From Chitinophagaceae bacterium (lineage in GTDB: Bacteria; Bacteroidota; Bacteroidia; Chitinophagales; Chitinophagaceae), in assembly GCA_036402175.1 (NCBI GenBank), contig DASWTK010000052.1, positions 4,146 to 68,145 on the forward strand: a stretch of 64,000 nt of DNA. The letters are read 5' to 3'. Under the pieces are notes generated by a model. It saw nothing but the letters and a program-made list of their open reading frames with translations, had not been told where the DNA came from and made no database searches. The position numbers and the translations under genes are program-made. Position 1 is the stretch's first letter. Each line of letters opens with the position of its first letter. Positions 1 to 9,051 of this stretch are shown here, in pieces.

Positions 1-220
1 TGCATGTTGTAAAAAAGTATTCAACCACAGTAACCTTGCCTGAAATGTCTTTTTCGGTTATGGTTTTACCATCCTGGTTTGTAAATGAAAATGGCTGTAC
101 ATAACTCAGTACCGGCAATTTCACTTCCCCGAATCCAGGTAGTACTTTCGTCATGATGAGATAAAAAACAACCACCAGAGCCGCGAAAAAGAGGATATAA
201 AACAAGGACTTTTTGTTCAT
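1..220 (-). CDS. SCO1/SenC-like thioredoxin-fold protein, N-terminal fragment (gene continues past left edge)
   Basis: Own reverse-strand translation from ATG (CAT at 218-220): MNKKSLFYILFFAALVVVFYLIMTKVLPGFGEVKLPVLSYVQPFSFTNQDGKTITEKDISGKVTVVEYFFTTC. It has a TM anchor, then an F.F.nQdG...GK..vv.fFFT.C pattern typical of SCO-family proteins. The frame is open to position 2. Not in the supplied ORF track. Confidence 0.45.
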   Translation of the reverse strand, partial: MNKKSLFYILFFAALVVVFYLIMTKVLPGFGEVKLPVLSYVQPFSFTNQDGKTITEKDISGKVTVVEYFFTTC

Positions 221-483
221 GTGGGATCAAATTGATTGATAAAATTACTGAAGGATGTTTTAAAAGGAGCTTTATTAAAACCGGATCTACGGTTTACAAC
301 AGCAGAAACACCAGAACAATTGAATGAAGTAAGGGATGAGAGGATTAATAAAGAATTGCTATGTCCTGTGAATCCGAATGTTACGGACTGAGGATTTTGG
401 TTGTACCGCCTGATAAGAAGGCTGTAATTGGCTGCCGGCCAAGCTTTTCCCGATTTAACAAACTACCACCCATAGGTATTCAT

Positions 484-491
484 TATTTTTG
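484..491 (+). promoter_or_regulatory. Bacteroidota-type -7 promoter box (TATTTTTG) for the nifU-like gene
   Basis: Exact match to TAnnTTTG, 17 nt upstream of the ATG at 509. Confidence 0.35.
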
Positions 492-508
492 CACTTTAAA
501 TCTGTATT

Positions 509-1105
509 ATGATCAAGACTGGAAATCCTGTTATCAGCATTTATACCGAGATGACTCCGAATCCTGAGACCATGAAGTTTGTGGCCAATAAGCTGCTGTA
601 CCCAGGCAAGAGCATCGATTTCCCGGATGTGGATACCGCAAAGCCTTCGCCCCTGGCCATTGAGCTTTTCGGATTCCCGTTCATAAAGAGTGTTTTTATA
701 GCCAGCAACTTTGTTACGCTGTCAAAGACTCCCGATACCGATTGGCAGGATGTGATACCAACGATCCGCCAGTTCCTTAAAGAATACCTGGAAGAAGGCA
801 AGCCGGTGATCAATGAAGAAGAAGTGGCAGCGAGAAAAGAAGAAGCCACCAATGCTGTCAGCGCCGATGATGATGATGTGGTAAAAAGGATCAAGGAGCT
901 TCTGGAGAATTATGTAAAGCCAGCAGTAGAAATGGATGGTGGCGCAATTCAGTTCAAAAGCTATAACGAAGGCGTTGTGAACCTGATGCTTCAGGGAAGC
1001 TGTAGCGGATGCCCATCATCGATGATCACGCTTAAGGCGGGCATTGAAGGCATGATGAAGCGCATGATTCCGGAAGTGAAAGAAGTGGTTGCGGAAGCGG
1101 AGTAA
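509..1105 (+). CDS. NifU/Nfu-type Fe-S cluster assembly protein (Nfu N-terminal domain plus NifU C-terminal domain)
   Basis: N-terminus IYTEMTPNPETMKF matches the Nfu_N pattern; C-terminal LMLQGSCSGCPSSMITLK carries the CxxC NifU motif. Confidence 0.8.
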   Translation: MIKTGNPVISIYTEMTPNPETMKFVANKLLYPGKSIDFPDVDTAKPSPLAIELFGFPFIKSVFIASNFVTLSKTPDTDWQDVIPTIRQFLKEYLEEGKPVINEEEVAARKEEATNAVSADDDDVVKRIKELLENYVKPAVEMDGGAIQFKSYNEGVVNLMLQGSCSGCPSSMITLKAGIEGMMKRMIPEVKEVVAEAE

Positions 1106-1134
1106 TTGAACAGCATATTTTATAACGATATTTC

Positions 1135-1161
1135 AAACCTTCCTTTCTGGAAGGTTTTTTT
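1135..1161 (+). terminator. Rho-independent terminator after the nifU-like gene
   Basis: Perfect 9-bp stem AAACCTTCC (1135-1143) / GGAAGGTTT (1149-1157), 5-nt loop, followed by a T-run to 1161. Confidence 0.75.
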
Positions 1162-1199
1162 GTGCAGCTTACAGTTGCTTTATAGTTTTAAATTCGCGC

Positions 1200-1859
1200 G
1201 TGCAGGAAATCTACAGGCAGTTTATTGAAGGAATGCAGCAAACCACTCCGCTGGAATACATCGCTGTATTTGCCGGCATCGCCAGCGTGTGGTTCAGCAG
1301 GGTTGAGAACATCCTGGTTTACCCCGTTGGCCTCATAAATACCATCATTTACATTTACCTCAGCATTAAAGGCGATCTGTTTGGCGAAGCTGGTGTGAAC
1401 CTTTATTACACAATAATGAGCTTGTATGGCTGGATGCTTTGGACAAAAAAGGACCGCCAGCATCATCCTGTTGTGGTGATTACCCATTCTTCCAATAAAG
1501 AATGGTTTCAGCAGATTGGCTTTTTTGCTTTCTTCTATATTACCATTTTTGCTCTGCTTACTTTCCTGAAAAAGAAATTCGCGCCAGGAGCCATTCCCTG
1601 GGCCGACGCGTTTGCCTCGGCTACTGCCTTTACCGGAATGTGGCTGATGGCGAGGAAGAAAGTGGAAAGCTGGTATTGGTGGATCGCGACCAACATCGCC
1701 TCAATCCCGCTTTATTTTGTAAAAAGTTATGTGTTCACCAGCGTTTATTACCTGGTGCTGCTGATTATGGCGGTGTTTGGATTAATAGAATGGACGAGGA
1801 GGAGCCGGGATCATGTACTACGAGCCGGTAAAGAAGCACAAGGAATTAAGTATGGTTAA
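1200..1859 (+). CDS. pnuC: Nicotinamide riboside transporter PnuC
   Basis: Multi-TM protein with a PnuC-like N-terminus (LEYIAVFAGIASVWFSRVENILVYPVGLIN). A NadR-type kinase gene overlaps its end. Start is uncertain (GTG 1200 or ATG 1233). Confidence 0.75.
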   Translation: MQEIYRQFIEGMQQTTPLEYIAVFAGIASVWFSRVENILVYPVGLINTIIYIYLSIKGDLFGEAGVNLYYTIMSLYGWMLWTKKDRQHHPVVVITHSSNKEWFQQIGFFAFFYITIFALLTFLKKKFAPGAIPWADAFASATAFTGMWLMARKKVESWYWWIATNIASIPLYFVKSYVFTSVYYLVLLIMAVFGLIEWTRRSRDHVLRAGKEAQGIKYG

Positions 1860-2394
1860 AAAAATTGCCATCATCGGTCCTGAATCCACTGGCAAAAGCA
1901 CGCTGTCGGAGCAACTGGCTTCTCATTACCGGTCGCTCTGGGTGCCGGAGTTTGCCAGGGAATATTTATTGAAACATGGCACTTCATACACATACGATTC
2001 GCTGCTGGATATTGCCAAAGGACAATTGGCCCTTGAAGATGCATACATTGAAGCCACCGAACGCGCATTCGAAAAAAACAAATCGCCCTACCTGTTCATT
2101 GACACCGAAATGAGAGTAATGAAAGTATGGTGCGAATTTGTTTACGGCAAATGCCACCAGTGGATCCTGGATCGCATCCGCGAGCGCAGATACGACCTCT
2201 ATCTTCTTTGCAATACCGACCTTCCATGGACGCCCGATCCCTTGCGGGAATATCCCGATCCCGAACCCCGGAATGAATTGTTCAGCATTTATCACAGCCT
2301 GTTGTCCGAACAATCAACACCCTGGGTGATCATATCGGGTGATTATGAAGAACGCTTACAGTCTGCTATAAGCGCTGTTAACATCTACCTCTGA
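1852..2394 (+). CDS. NadR-type AAA ATPase / nicotinamide riboside kinase-like protein
   Basis: P-loop IIGPESTGKSTL near the N-terminus. The ATG at 1852 overlaps the pnuC stop by 8 nt. The longer track ORF (from 1813) lies inside pnuC. Confidence 0.65.
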   Translation: MVKKIAIIGPESTGKSTLSEQLASHYRSLWVPEFAREYLLKHGTSYTYDSLLDIAKGQLALEDAYIEATERAFEKNKSPYLFIDTEMRVMKVWCEFVYGKCHQWILDRIRERRYDLYLLCNTDLPWTPDPLREYPDPEPRNELFSIYHSLLSEQSTPWVIISGDYEERLQSAISAVNIYL

Positions 2395-2447
2395 CAGTTC
2401 AGCAACCAATTCTTAACTTATTGGAAAGAATATACGCAGGATGAATA

Positions 2448-2489
2448 AATTCAGGAAAAACTAACTTGCACCTGAATTGTTTATTTCTC
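2448..2489 (+). terminator. Possible terminator hairpin after the NadR-like gene
   Basis: AATTCAGG (2448-2455) / CCTGAATT (2471-2478) with a 15-nt loop, then T-rich GTTTATTTCTC. The loop is long for an intrinsic terminator. Confidence 0.3.
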
Positions 2490-2493
2490 ATGC

Positions 2494-4179
2494 ATGGCGG
2501 GCAAAAGTATTTCTCAATTAGCGATCCGTTATCATAAGCAACTTTTTTATGGTACATGGCTTTTGCTGAACCTTATCCAATCTGCCTCAACCGGTCTCCT
2601 GGATGATGAAGCATACTATTGGGTTTATTCAAGATTTCTCGACTGGGGCTATTTCGACCATCCGCCAATGGTTGCCCTGCTTATCAAGGCAGGATATTCA
2701 ATAATACCGGGTGAACTAGGAGTTCGGCTGCTCTTCGCTGTTATGAGCACATTCTCGCTCTGGCTGATTGAAAAGCTGCTTGCAGTTCAGGAACACTTTC
2801 TTTTTTATACCATCATCCTATCGATAGGTCTCCTTCAGATTGGTGGCATCATTGCCATCCCCGATACACCGCTGATCTTCTTTACTGCTTTGTTCTTTTT
2901 CCTGTATAAAAAGCAACTGGAACGCCCTGGTATTCTGATATCAGTTCTTTTCGGACTTTCCATGGCGCTTCTTCTGTACAGCAAGTATCATGGAGTGCTG
3001 GTGATCATCTTTACACTTATTTCAAACCCCCGTTTATTCACACGCCCATATATATACATAGCCGGAGCTACAGGATTGTTGCTGTTCAGTCCACATTTAT
3101 ACTGGCAATACATAAATGGGTTTCCTTCTATCCGGTTCCATTTGCGTGAACGTAACGCGCCTGAATACAGTGTGCGGTATACATTCGAATACATCATTGG
3201 CCAGATATTGCTTGCCGGCCCATTGTCCACACTCATACTCTGGTACGGCGCTTTCGGGAAAAAACCATCAGAAGAATTGGAAAGGGCATTGAAGTTCACG
3301 TTTGTGGGAATCTATGTTTTCTTTCTTCTTTTTACTTTGAAAGGGCGAGTAGAGGCCAATTGGACAGTACCCGCATTTATTCCGCTTGTAGTATTGAGCC
3401 ATCAGTATCTGCTGAATGAATATCAATTGAGGAAATGGTTGTCGATGGTTGCCGTGATCACCGTTTCGCTTGTTTTTTGTGTGCGCATTTACATCATCAG
3501 GGATTTTTTTCCGGGAGTACGCTTCAAGGAAGATGAATATCATCACAATGCCGATTGGGCTGCGGCTATCAGGGAGAGCGCGGGAGGACTGCCTGTATTT
3601 TTTACCGATTCATACCAACGCGCGGCCAAATACTGGTTCTACACTAATGAACCTTCCTTTTCACTGAATACGGTTGATTACCGCCGGAACAATTACAACT
3701 TCTGGCCCCTTGAAGACAGCTTGTTTGGAAAAAGAGCATACGCGGTATACCAGGGGAAGAAGCAGGATTATTACCGCGACTCCATTCCTACAGAGAAAGG
3801 ATATTATCTCGGAAGAACCATTGATCAGTATTTTTCCTTTTCACGAATAAGGATCTCTCCTGTCAGAAAAATGAAAGTCAGCGATGGCCTCATCACAACT
3901 TCCATAAGGGTTGTTGCAGACGATGGAATGCTGCAGCATATAAGAAGTCCGTACGATAGCCTTAAGGTCATGCTGACGGTTTACATAAAAGATTCTGTTA
4001 TCCGCAACATACCCACCAACGTCTCTTTAGGAATGATAAGAAATCATAAGCAGGTTCTTCCCGTCATTATTCCCATTGACCTGCCCCCCGGAAAATATGT
4101 TACGCGGTTCAGCATTCCATCCTGCATACAGGACTGGCCAACCATGAATAGTACCGTGCTGAGTATAAGAGTGAGATAA
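2494..4179 (+). CDS. Glycosyltransferase family 39 / ArnT-like membrane glycosyltransferase
   Basis: LLDDEAYYWVYSRFLDWGYFDHPP N-terminal signature and many TM helices. Confidence 0.7.
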   Translation: MAGKSISQLAIRYHKQLFYGTWLLLNLIQSASTGLLDDEAYYWVYSRFLDWGYFDHPPMVALLIKAGYSIIPGELGVRLLFAVMSTFSLWLIEKLLAVQEHFLFYTIILSIGLLQIGGIIAIPDTPLIFFTALFFFLYKKQLERPGILISVLFGLSMALLLYSKYHGVLVIIFTLISNPRLFTRPYIYIAGATGLLLFSPHLYWQYINGFPSIRFHLRERNAPEYSVRYTFEYIIGQILLAGPLSTLILWYGAFGKKPSEELERALKFTFVGIYVFFLLFTLKGRVEANWTVPAFIPLVVLSHQYLLNEYQLRKWLSMVAVITVSLVFCVRIYIIRDFFPGVRFKEDEYHHNADWAAAIRESAGGLPVFFTDSYQRAAKYWFYTNEPSFSLNTVDYRRNNYNFWPLEDSLFGKRAYAVYQGKKQDYYRDSIPTEKGYYLGRTIDQYFSFSRIRISPVRKMKVSDGLITTSIRVVADDGMLQHIRSPYDSLKVMLTVYIKDSVIRNIPTNVSLGMIRNHKQVLPVIIPIDLPPGKYVTRFSIPSCIQDWPTMNSTVLSIRVR

Positions 4180-4881
4180 CTATTGCAGCAGCTTCTGAAT
4201 ATCGGGATCGTTCTGCAGGTTATTCATTTGCCGGATGGTCCAGTTGCACCGGCTCCGGACATAGGCCGACATCGGCTTTACTGTATACACTTTTGGATTG
4301 GGAAGACAGGCAGCGATGCAGGCAGCCTGCATCCGTGTGAGCTTCTTTGCAGGCTTCCTGTAATATTTCTGAGAAGCGGCTTCAATACCAAAAACACCCT
4401 TCCCCATTTCTGACACATTCAGGTACATTTCAAGAATCCGTTTTTTACCCCAGATCAATTCAATCATGAAAGTAAAATAAACCTCAAGTGCTTTTCGTAT
4501 CCAGCTTCTTCCCTGCCAGAGAAAAACATTCTTGGCAACCTGCTGGCTCAGTGTGCTTGCTCCCCTTAATGACTTGCTTTTGCGGTTATGCTTCATCGCT
4601 TTCTGGATCGACTTGAAGTCAAAGCCATTGTGATCGGGAAATAGCTGGTCTTCCGAAGAAATGACTGCAAGCTTTGCATAAACCGACATATCATCAATAT
4701 CCACATAATCGCGTTTCAGACCGTTTCCGGAAAATAAACTTCCAAGTTGTGTAAGCGTAACGGGAGGATTCACCCATTTCAGAATCAGGATGTAAAAAAG
4801 ATGGAACAGGAAAAGGAAAATGACCAGCCGCTTTACAAAGCGCCACATCCTCGGGAAAAATGCTTCCTTCTTTCCGGCCAT
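4180..4881 (-). CDS. mtgA: Monofunctional biosynthetic peptidoglycan transglycosylase
   Basis: GT51 motifs: ISSEDQLFPDHNGFD, GASTLSQQVAKN, RKALEVYFTFMIELIWGKKRILEMYLN. Confidence 0.85.
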   Translation of the reverse strand: MAGKKEAFFPRMWRFVKRLVIFLFLFHLFYILILKWVNPPVTLTQLGSLFSGNGLKRDYVDIDDMSVYAKLAVISSEDQLFPDHNGFDFKSIQKAMKHNRKSKSLRGASTLSQQVAKNVFLWQGRSWIRKALEVYFTFMIELIWGKKRILEMYLNVSEMGKGVFGIEAASQKYYRKPAKKLTRMQAACIAACLPNPKVYTVKPMSAYVRSRCNWTIRQMNNLQNDPDIQKLLQ

Positions 4882-4919
4882 GAAATTAATTTGGGATGCA
4901 AGATAATTGGTGCGAACAA

Positions 4920-5492
4920 TTAACGTCGATCCAACGGAAGTATTTTAATAGCATATTTTTTCCCGATGATCCTTTTTTTACTTCCCGATCGTTTCATCAG
5001 AAGTCCCAAACCCGTTAATACGCCGGCGGTAATGTATGAAGATGGCTTGTACCATTCCCTGGGAGGTTCGCTGCGGTATAAACCGTTCACCGCCCCCAGC
5101 ATCAATACTCCGCCTCCCGCTATCATCAGTAGTGATCCGCTTCTGCTTCTGCCTGTTGGGTTTTTTAAAAAGATCAGTGCGCCAATATCTTTATGATGCA
5201 AGGCCGTAGTATAGCGGTAAACAGTATCGAAAAATATTCCGCCATAACCGGTATAGCTCGACTGAACATCGAAATAACGAATGTAAATGGTATCCTGCCC
5301 TACACGGGTGATCATTCCCTGCGCATAGCTGCCTTGCTTTGTCTGAAGTGAAATGTAGCGGCCCGGGAAAAATGTCTGCTGCGTTTTGCCCCGCTTTTGC
5401 AACAGCAATACATTGTTCTGCGCATGCGCAAACATAAAAGTCAGTAAGAATAAGAAAAGTAAACCTGCTCTGCTCATGAATTGGTGGCTCAA
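4920..5492 (-). CDS. Hypothetical protein with a signal peptide and C-terminal TM segments
   Basis: Signal-like N-terminus LLFLFLLTFMFAHAQ; hydrophobic stretch LLMIAGGGVLMLGAVNG; no family recognised. Confidence 0.45.
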   Translation of the reverse strand: MSHQFMSRAGLLFLFLLTFMFAHAQNNVLLLQKRGKTQQTFFPGRYISLQTKQGSYAQGMITRVGQDTIYIRYFDVQSSYTGYGGIFFDTVYRYTTALHHKDIGALIFLKNPTGRSRSGSLLMIAGGGVLMLGAVNGLYRSEPPREWYKPSSYITAGVLTGLGLLMKRSGSKKRIIGKKYAIKILPLDRR

Positions 5493-5520
5493 ACTTACAA
5501 TTGCCCGGGAAAAAGCTTTG

Positions 5521-6168
5521 TTAATTCGATGGTATCCTGTCAGACAAAAACATTATTCCATACAAAAGCACAAGGCCGAACCCGATAAGTATTGTACCCG
5601 AAATTTTATTAATGATAGCAAGATTGTGTAGTGTGAGCTTCTGACGAATCTTCCCTGCCATGAAAACTTTCGCGATATCGGCAATTATATTCAGTATGAT
5701 GCATACCAGGAAGATCACAACCCGCTGCCGGAAACTATGTGTTATTGCAAAAGCAGTTGCATTGAGCAACCAGAACAACAATACGCTTGGATTTAGTGTG
5801 TTTATCAGAAATCCTGATGTGAACAGCTTTGCAAAATCCCGCTTTCTGAAACGCATCACATTCCCGTCGCTGTCTTTTCTGAGCGTCGCTTTTTTGAAGA
5901 ATACAAAAAAGATTCCCATACCCACCAAAAATCCGCTTCCAACATAACCTATCACTTTTTTATATTCCAATGCCATGCTCACAAGCTCTGAAAATGCATT
6001 GCTCAGAATTACCAGGAGCACGTCGCTCATCCACACTCCCGCAACGAAACTGAGGCCACCTTCGCGGCCGTTATTAAGACTTTGTTTGATAATAGTGAAA
6101 ATCACGGGCCCAACAGACAGGGCAAGGATCAATCCAAGGGCCAGACCTTTGATCAATGCATCGAGCAT
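5521..6168 (-). CDS. LysE/RhtB family amino-acid exporter
   Basis: N-terminus LIKGLALGLILALSVGPVIFTIIKQS and six-TM layout typical of the LysE family. Confidence 0.8.
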   Translation of the reverse strand: MLDALIKGLALGLILALSVGPVIFTIIKQSLNNGREGGLSFVAGVWMSDVLLVILSNAFSELVSMALEYKKVIGYVGSGFLVGMGIFFVFFKKATLRKDSDGNVMRFRKRDFAKLFTSGFLINTLNPSVLLFWLLNATAFAITHSFRQRVVIFLVCIILNIIADIAKVFMAGKIRQKLTLHNLAIINKISGTILIGFGLVLLYGIMFLSDRIPSN

Positions 6169-6188
6169 AGAGTTTAGTTAATTAGCCG

Positions 6189-6315
6189 ATTAGCCAATTT
6201 GAGGATTAGCTGATTTAGAAACTTCTGTCCACGCACACAAATTACAGATAGGTTAAATTAAAACCAACTCACCGATAAATCGAATCTTAATCGGCTAATC
6301 CTCAAATTAGCTAAT
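6189..6315. repeat. 22-bp inverted repeat (21/22) with an 83-nt spacer, rich in ATTAGC/GCTAAT hexamers, in the LysE leader region
   Basis: ATTAGCCAATTTGAGGATTAGC (6189-6210) versus the reverse complement of GCTAATCCTCAAATTAGCTAAT (6294-6315). ATTAGC occurs at 6181, 6189, 6205, 6306; GCTAAT at 6294, 6310. Confidence 0.6.
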
Positions 6316-6318
6316 CTT

Positions 6319-7851
6319 CTAATTGATATTCCCTGTTTCCAAATACCTCATCCAATCCTCATACATGCGGCCCTTCATCACACGAGGGAATTTGTGCTGG
6401 CCGCCGATCTTGCCTTTCAATTCAAGAAAGTGCATGAATTTTTGCTCGGGAAGCTTTTGAAGGAATACATCTTTCAATGCGCTGTCGCGCTCAACGGCAT
6501 AATCGTCGTTGAGGTGACGAAGCTTTTCATCAATCTTATTACGAAGCAACAGTTCATCAACGCCATCATCACAGGCAACATACCACGTGTGCGCGAAATA
6601 TCCGTTATGCGGCGTGCCGGCAACAGTATATTCAGGGATGCAGATATTCAGTTCCTCGCTTACCATTTCGATGGCAGAGTTCATATTCTCAACACTCAGG
6701 TGCTCTCCCACCAGGCTCAGGAAGTGTTTGGTGCGGCCGGTTATCCTGATCTCACTTTTTTTCTTGCTGATGAAACGGACCGTGTCTCCGATCAGGTAAC
6801 GCCAGGCGCCGGAATTGGTGCTTAACAGAATGGCGTACTCCTTGTCTTCCTGCACATCCTGTATCAATAATGCTTCGGGCTTTTCCACTATATTTCCTTC
6901 GCTGTCAAAATTCTTTTCGTCGAATGGAACAAACTCCAGGAATATGTTATTGTTCAGGATCAGGTGCATTCCAAGAGCATGCTGCCTGTTCTTATACGCA
7001 ATGAACCCTTCGCTGGCGAGATAGTTTTCTATGTAAACGATCGGCTTGCCCAGTAATTTTTCGAAACCTTTCTTGTATGGCTCAAAGGCAACACCACCAT
7101 GCACGAAAAATCCGAAATTCGGCCAGATCTCGTGTATGTTCTTCAGTTTATAATGATCAATGATCATCTCCATACACATCTGGCACCAGGCAGGAACGCC
7201 AACAATAAATCCAATATCCCAGGAAGGCGCTTTTTCAACGATCTCATTCAGCTTCTCATTCCAGTCTTTCACCTTTGCGATCTTTCCTCCCGGTTTGTAA
7301 AAAGTCTGAAACCAGAAAGGCCGGTTCTTTGCAAGAATTCCGCTAAGGTCGCCGGCAAACCAGCCTGCTTTCCCTTTCTGCAGGTCTGTTGTTCCTCCCA
7401 GCATCAAAAATCCTTTTCCAAGTGCAGATCGTGGCAGGTCGTCATACCCCGCCAAAGAAAGCAACTGCCTTAAATAATTTATGGTATTGCTTCTCAGCAT
7501 ATCCCTTGTAACAGGAATATACTTGCTGGCCGACTCACTGGTTCCGCTGCTTAACGCATAATAACGGATCTTTCCTGGCCAGGCAACGTCGGGTATGCCA
7601 TCAAGCGTTTTTTTCCACCACTGATTGTATATCTTATTGTAATCGTGCACAGGCACCAATTCCTGAAATTGCTTTGCCGGATCTTTGGTCATCAGGATCT
7701 CATCAAAGCGATATTGCTGGCCGAATTCTGTAAACCTGGCTTTCTTCAATAATTTCTTTAACACCCGTGCTTGCTGGCGTTCGGGAGTATTGCGGGCAAG
7801 CCGGAAGGCTTCAGCAACGGGACGGGGAAGTTTCAAGTCAAGCAATGCCAT
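6319..7851 (-). CDS. GH3 auxin-responsive-promoter family (acyl-acid amido synthetase-like) protein
   Basis: GH3-like layout: YALSSGTSESASKYIPVT adenylation-type motif, 510 aa length, and a C-terminal FPRVMKG stretch. Confidence 0.75.
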   Translation of the reverse strand: MALLDLKLPRPVAEAFRLARNTPERQQARVLKKLLKKARFTEFGQQYRFDEILMTKDPAKQFQELVPVHDYNKIYNQWWKKTLDGIPDVAWPGKIRYYALSSGTSESASKYIPVTRDMLRSNTINYLRQLLSLAGYDDLPRSALGKGFLMLGGTTDLQKGKAGWFAGDLSGILAKNRPFWFQTFYKPGGKIAKVKDWNEKLNEIVEKAPSWDIGFIVGVPAWCQMCMEMIIDHYKLKNIHEIWPNFGFFVHGGVAFEPYKKGFEKLLGKPIVYIENYLASEGFIAYKNRQHALGMHLILNNNIFLEFVPFDEKNFDSEGNIVEKPEALLIQDVQEDKEYAILLSTNSGAWRYLIGDTVRFISKKKSEIRITGRTKHFLSLVGEHLSVENMNSAIEMVSEELNICIPEYTVAGTPHNGYFAHTWYVACDDGVDELLLRNKIDEKLRHLNDDYAVERDSALKDVFLQKLPEQKFMHFLELKGKIGGQHKFPRVMKGRMYEDWMRYLETGNIN

Positions 7852-7939
7852 TTAACAGTGAAGCTTGTGTTTGATGCAAATTCAAAATTAAGGTAATTAA
7901 TTTTGATTAATGTCAGGAGTATGCTGCTATCAGCAATCA

Positions 7940-7963
7940 TTGACAGATAAAATTATTTGTCAA
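7940..7963. promoter_or_regulatory. 24-bp near-palindrome in the divergent GH3/ada promoter region (candidate operator)
   Basis: TTGACAGATAAAATTATTTGTCAA; 10 of 12 symmetric positions pair; 54 nt upstream of the ada ATG. Confidence 0.3.
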
Positions 7964-8016
7964 TTTTCCGGTTGTCTGAAGGTTTGCGCACCACTTATCT
8001 TTATAAAAAAGTACAT

Positions 8017-9051
8017 ATGCTCACCACCGATAGGATGTACCAGGCATTAGTGGAAAAAGATGCTTCTTATGAAGGGCAGTTTATCGCGGCAGTGCGCACT
8101 ACAGGCATTTTCTGCCGGCCTACCTGTTCAGCACGCAAGCCACTGCCACAAAATGTAGAATTCTTCCCTTCGGCAAAAGATGCAATTCTGCATGGATACA
8201 GGCCCTGCAAAGTATGTGCGCCTTTGGAAAAACCGGGCGAAACACCCGCTTATATAAAAGAAGTCATTCAACAGATCTCAATTGATCCGTTACATCGATT
8301 CAGGGATAACGACCTTCGCGTTAAAGGAATTGAACCAAATATGATACGCAGATGGTTCAAGAAAAATCATGGCATCACCTTTCACGCTTACCAACGCATG
8401 CAGCGGATAAATACGGCTTTCAAAAAAATACGGAATGGAGAAGCTGTCACCTCAGCTGCTTATGGTTCGGGGTATGCCTCGCTGAGTGGTTTTGCCGATT
8501 CATTTAAATCGGTCACTGGACATGCTCCTTCGGAAAGCAGGAAGGCATCGGTCATTAATCTCACCCGTCTTGAAACGCCTATCGGTCCTATGTTCGCCGG
8601 TGCTGTTGAAGATGGCATCTGCCTGCTGGAGTTCACCGACCGCCGGATGCTGGAAACCGAATTCAGGCAACTGAGAAAACTCCTCAATGCTTCGATCATA
8701 CAGGGACATAGTCCGCATTTTATATTACTCCAGCAGCAGCTCGATGAATATTTTGAAGGCCGCCGCAAATCATTCACCGTTCCTTTAGTGAGCCCGGGCA
8801 GCAACTTTCAGCAGGAAGTTTGGAAAGAGTTACAAACAATCCCATATGGTTCTACCCGAACCTACATTGAACAGGCACTGGCCATCAACAGACCACTTTC
8901 TGTTCGTGCAGTGGCAAACGCAAATGGATGCAATCGCATTTCAATTCTCATACCCTGCCATCGCGTGATTGGAAAAGACGGGCATCTTACAGGTTATGGT
9001 GGTGGATTGTGGCGGAAAAAATGGTTGCTGGACCTCGAACGCACGCATTAA
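8017..9051 (+). CDS. ada: Bifunctional Ada: Zn-binding methylphosphotriester domain, AraC HTH and O6-methylguanine-DNA methyltransferase
   Basis: FCRPTCSARKP...CKVC (Ada Zn site), an AraC-type HTH region, and the C-terminal PCHRVIG methyl-acceptor motif. Start trimmed to the ATG at 8017. Confidence 0.85.
   Translation: MLTTDRMYQALVEKDASYEGQFIAAVRTTGIFCRPTCSARKPLPQNVEFFPSAKDAILHGYRPCKVCAPLEKPGETPAYIKEVIQQISIDPLHRFRDNDLRVKGIEPNMIRRWFKKNHGITFHAYQRMQRINTAFKKIRNGEAVTSAAYGSGYASLSGFADSFKSVTGHAPSESRKASVINLTRLETPIGPMFAGAVEDGICLLEFTDRRMLETEFRQLRKLLNASIIQGHSPHFILLQQQLDEYFEGRRKSFTVPLVSPGSNFQQEVWKELQTIPYGSTRTYIEQALAINRPLSVRAVANANGCNRISILIPCHRVIGKDGHLTGYGGGLWRKKWLLDLERTH

Noticed and set aside
361-567. 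68-aa ORF upstream of and overlapping the nifU-like gene
   Set aside because: It lies in a divergent promoter region, overlaps the real gene start and the TAnnTTTG box, and has a low-complexity, unrecognisable sequence.
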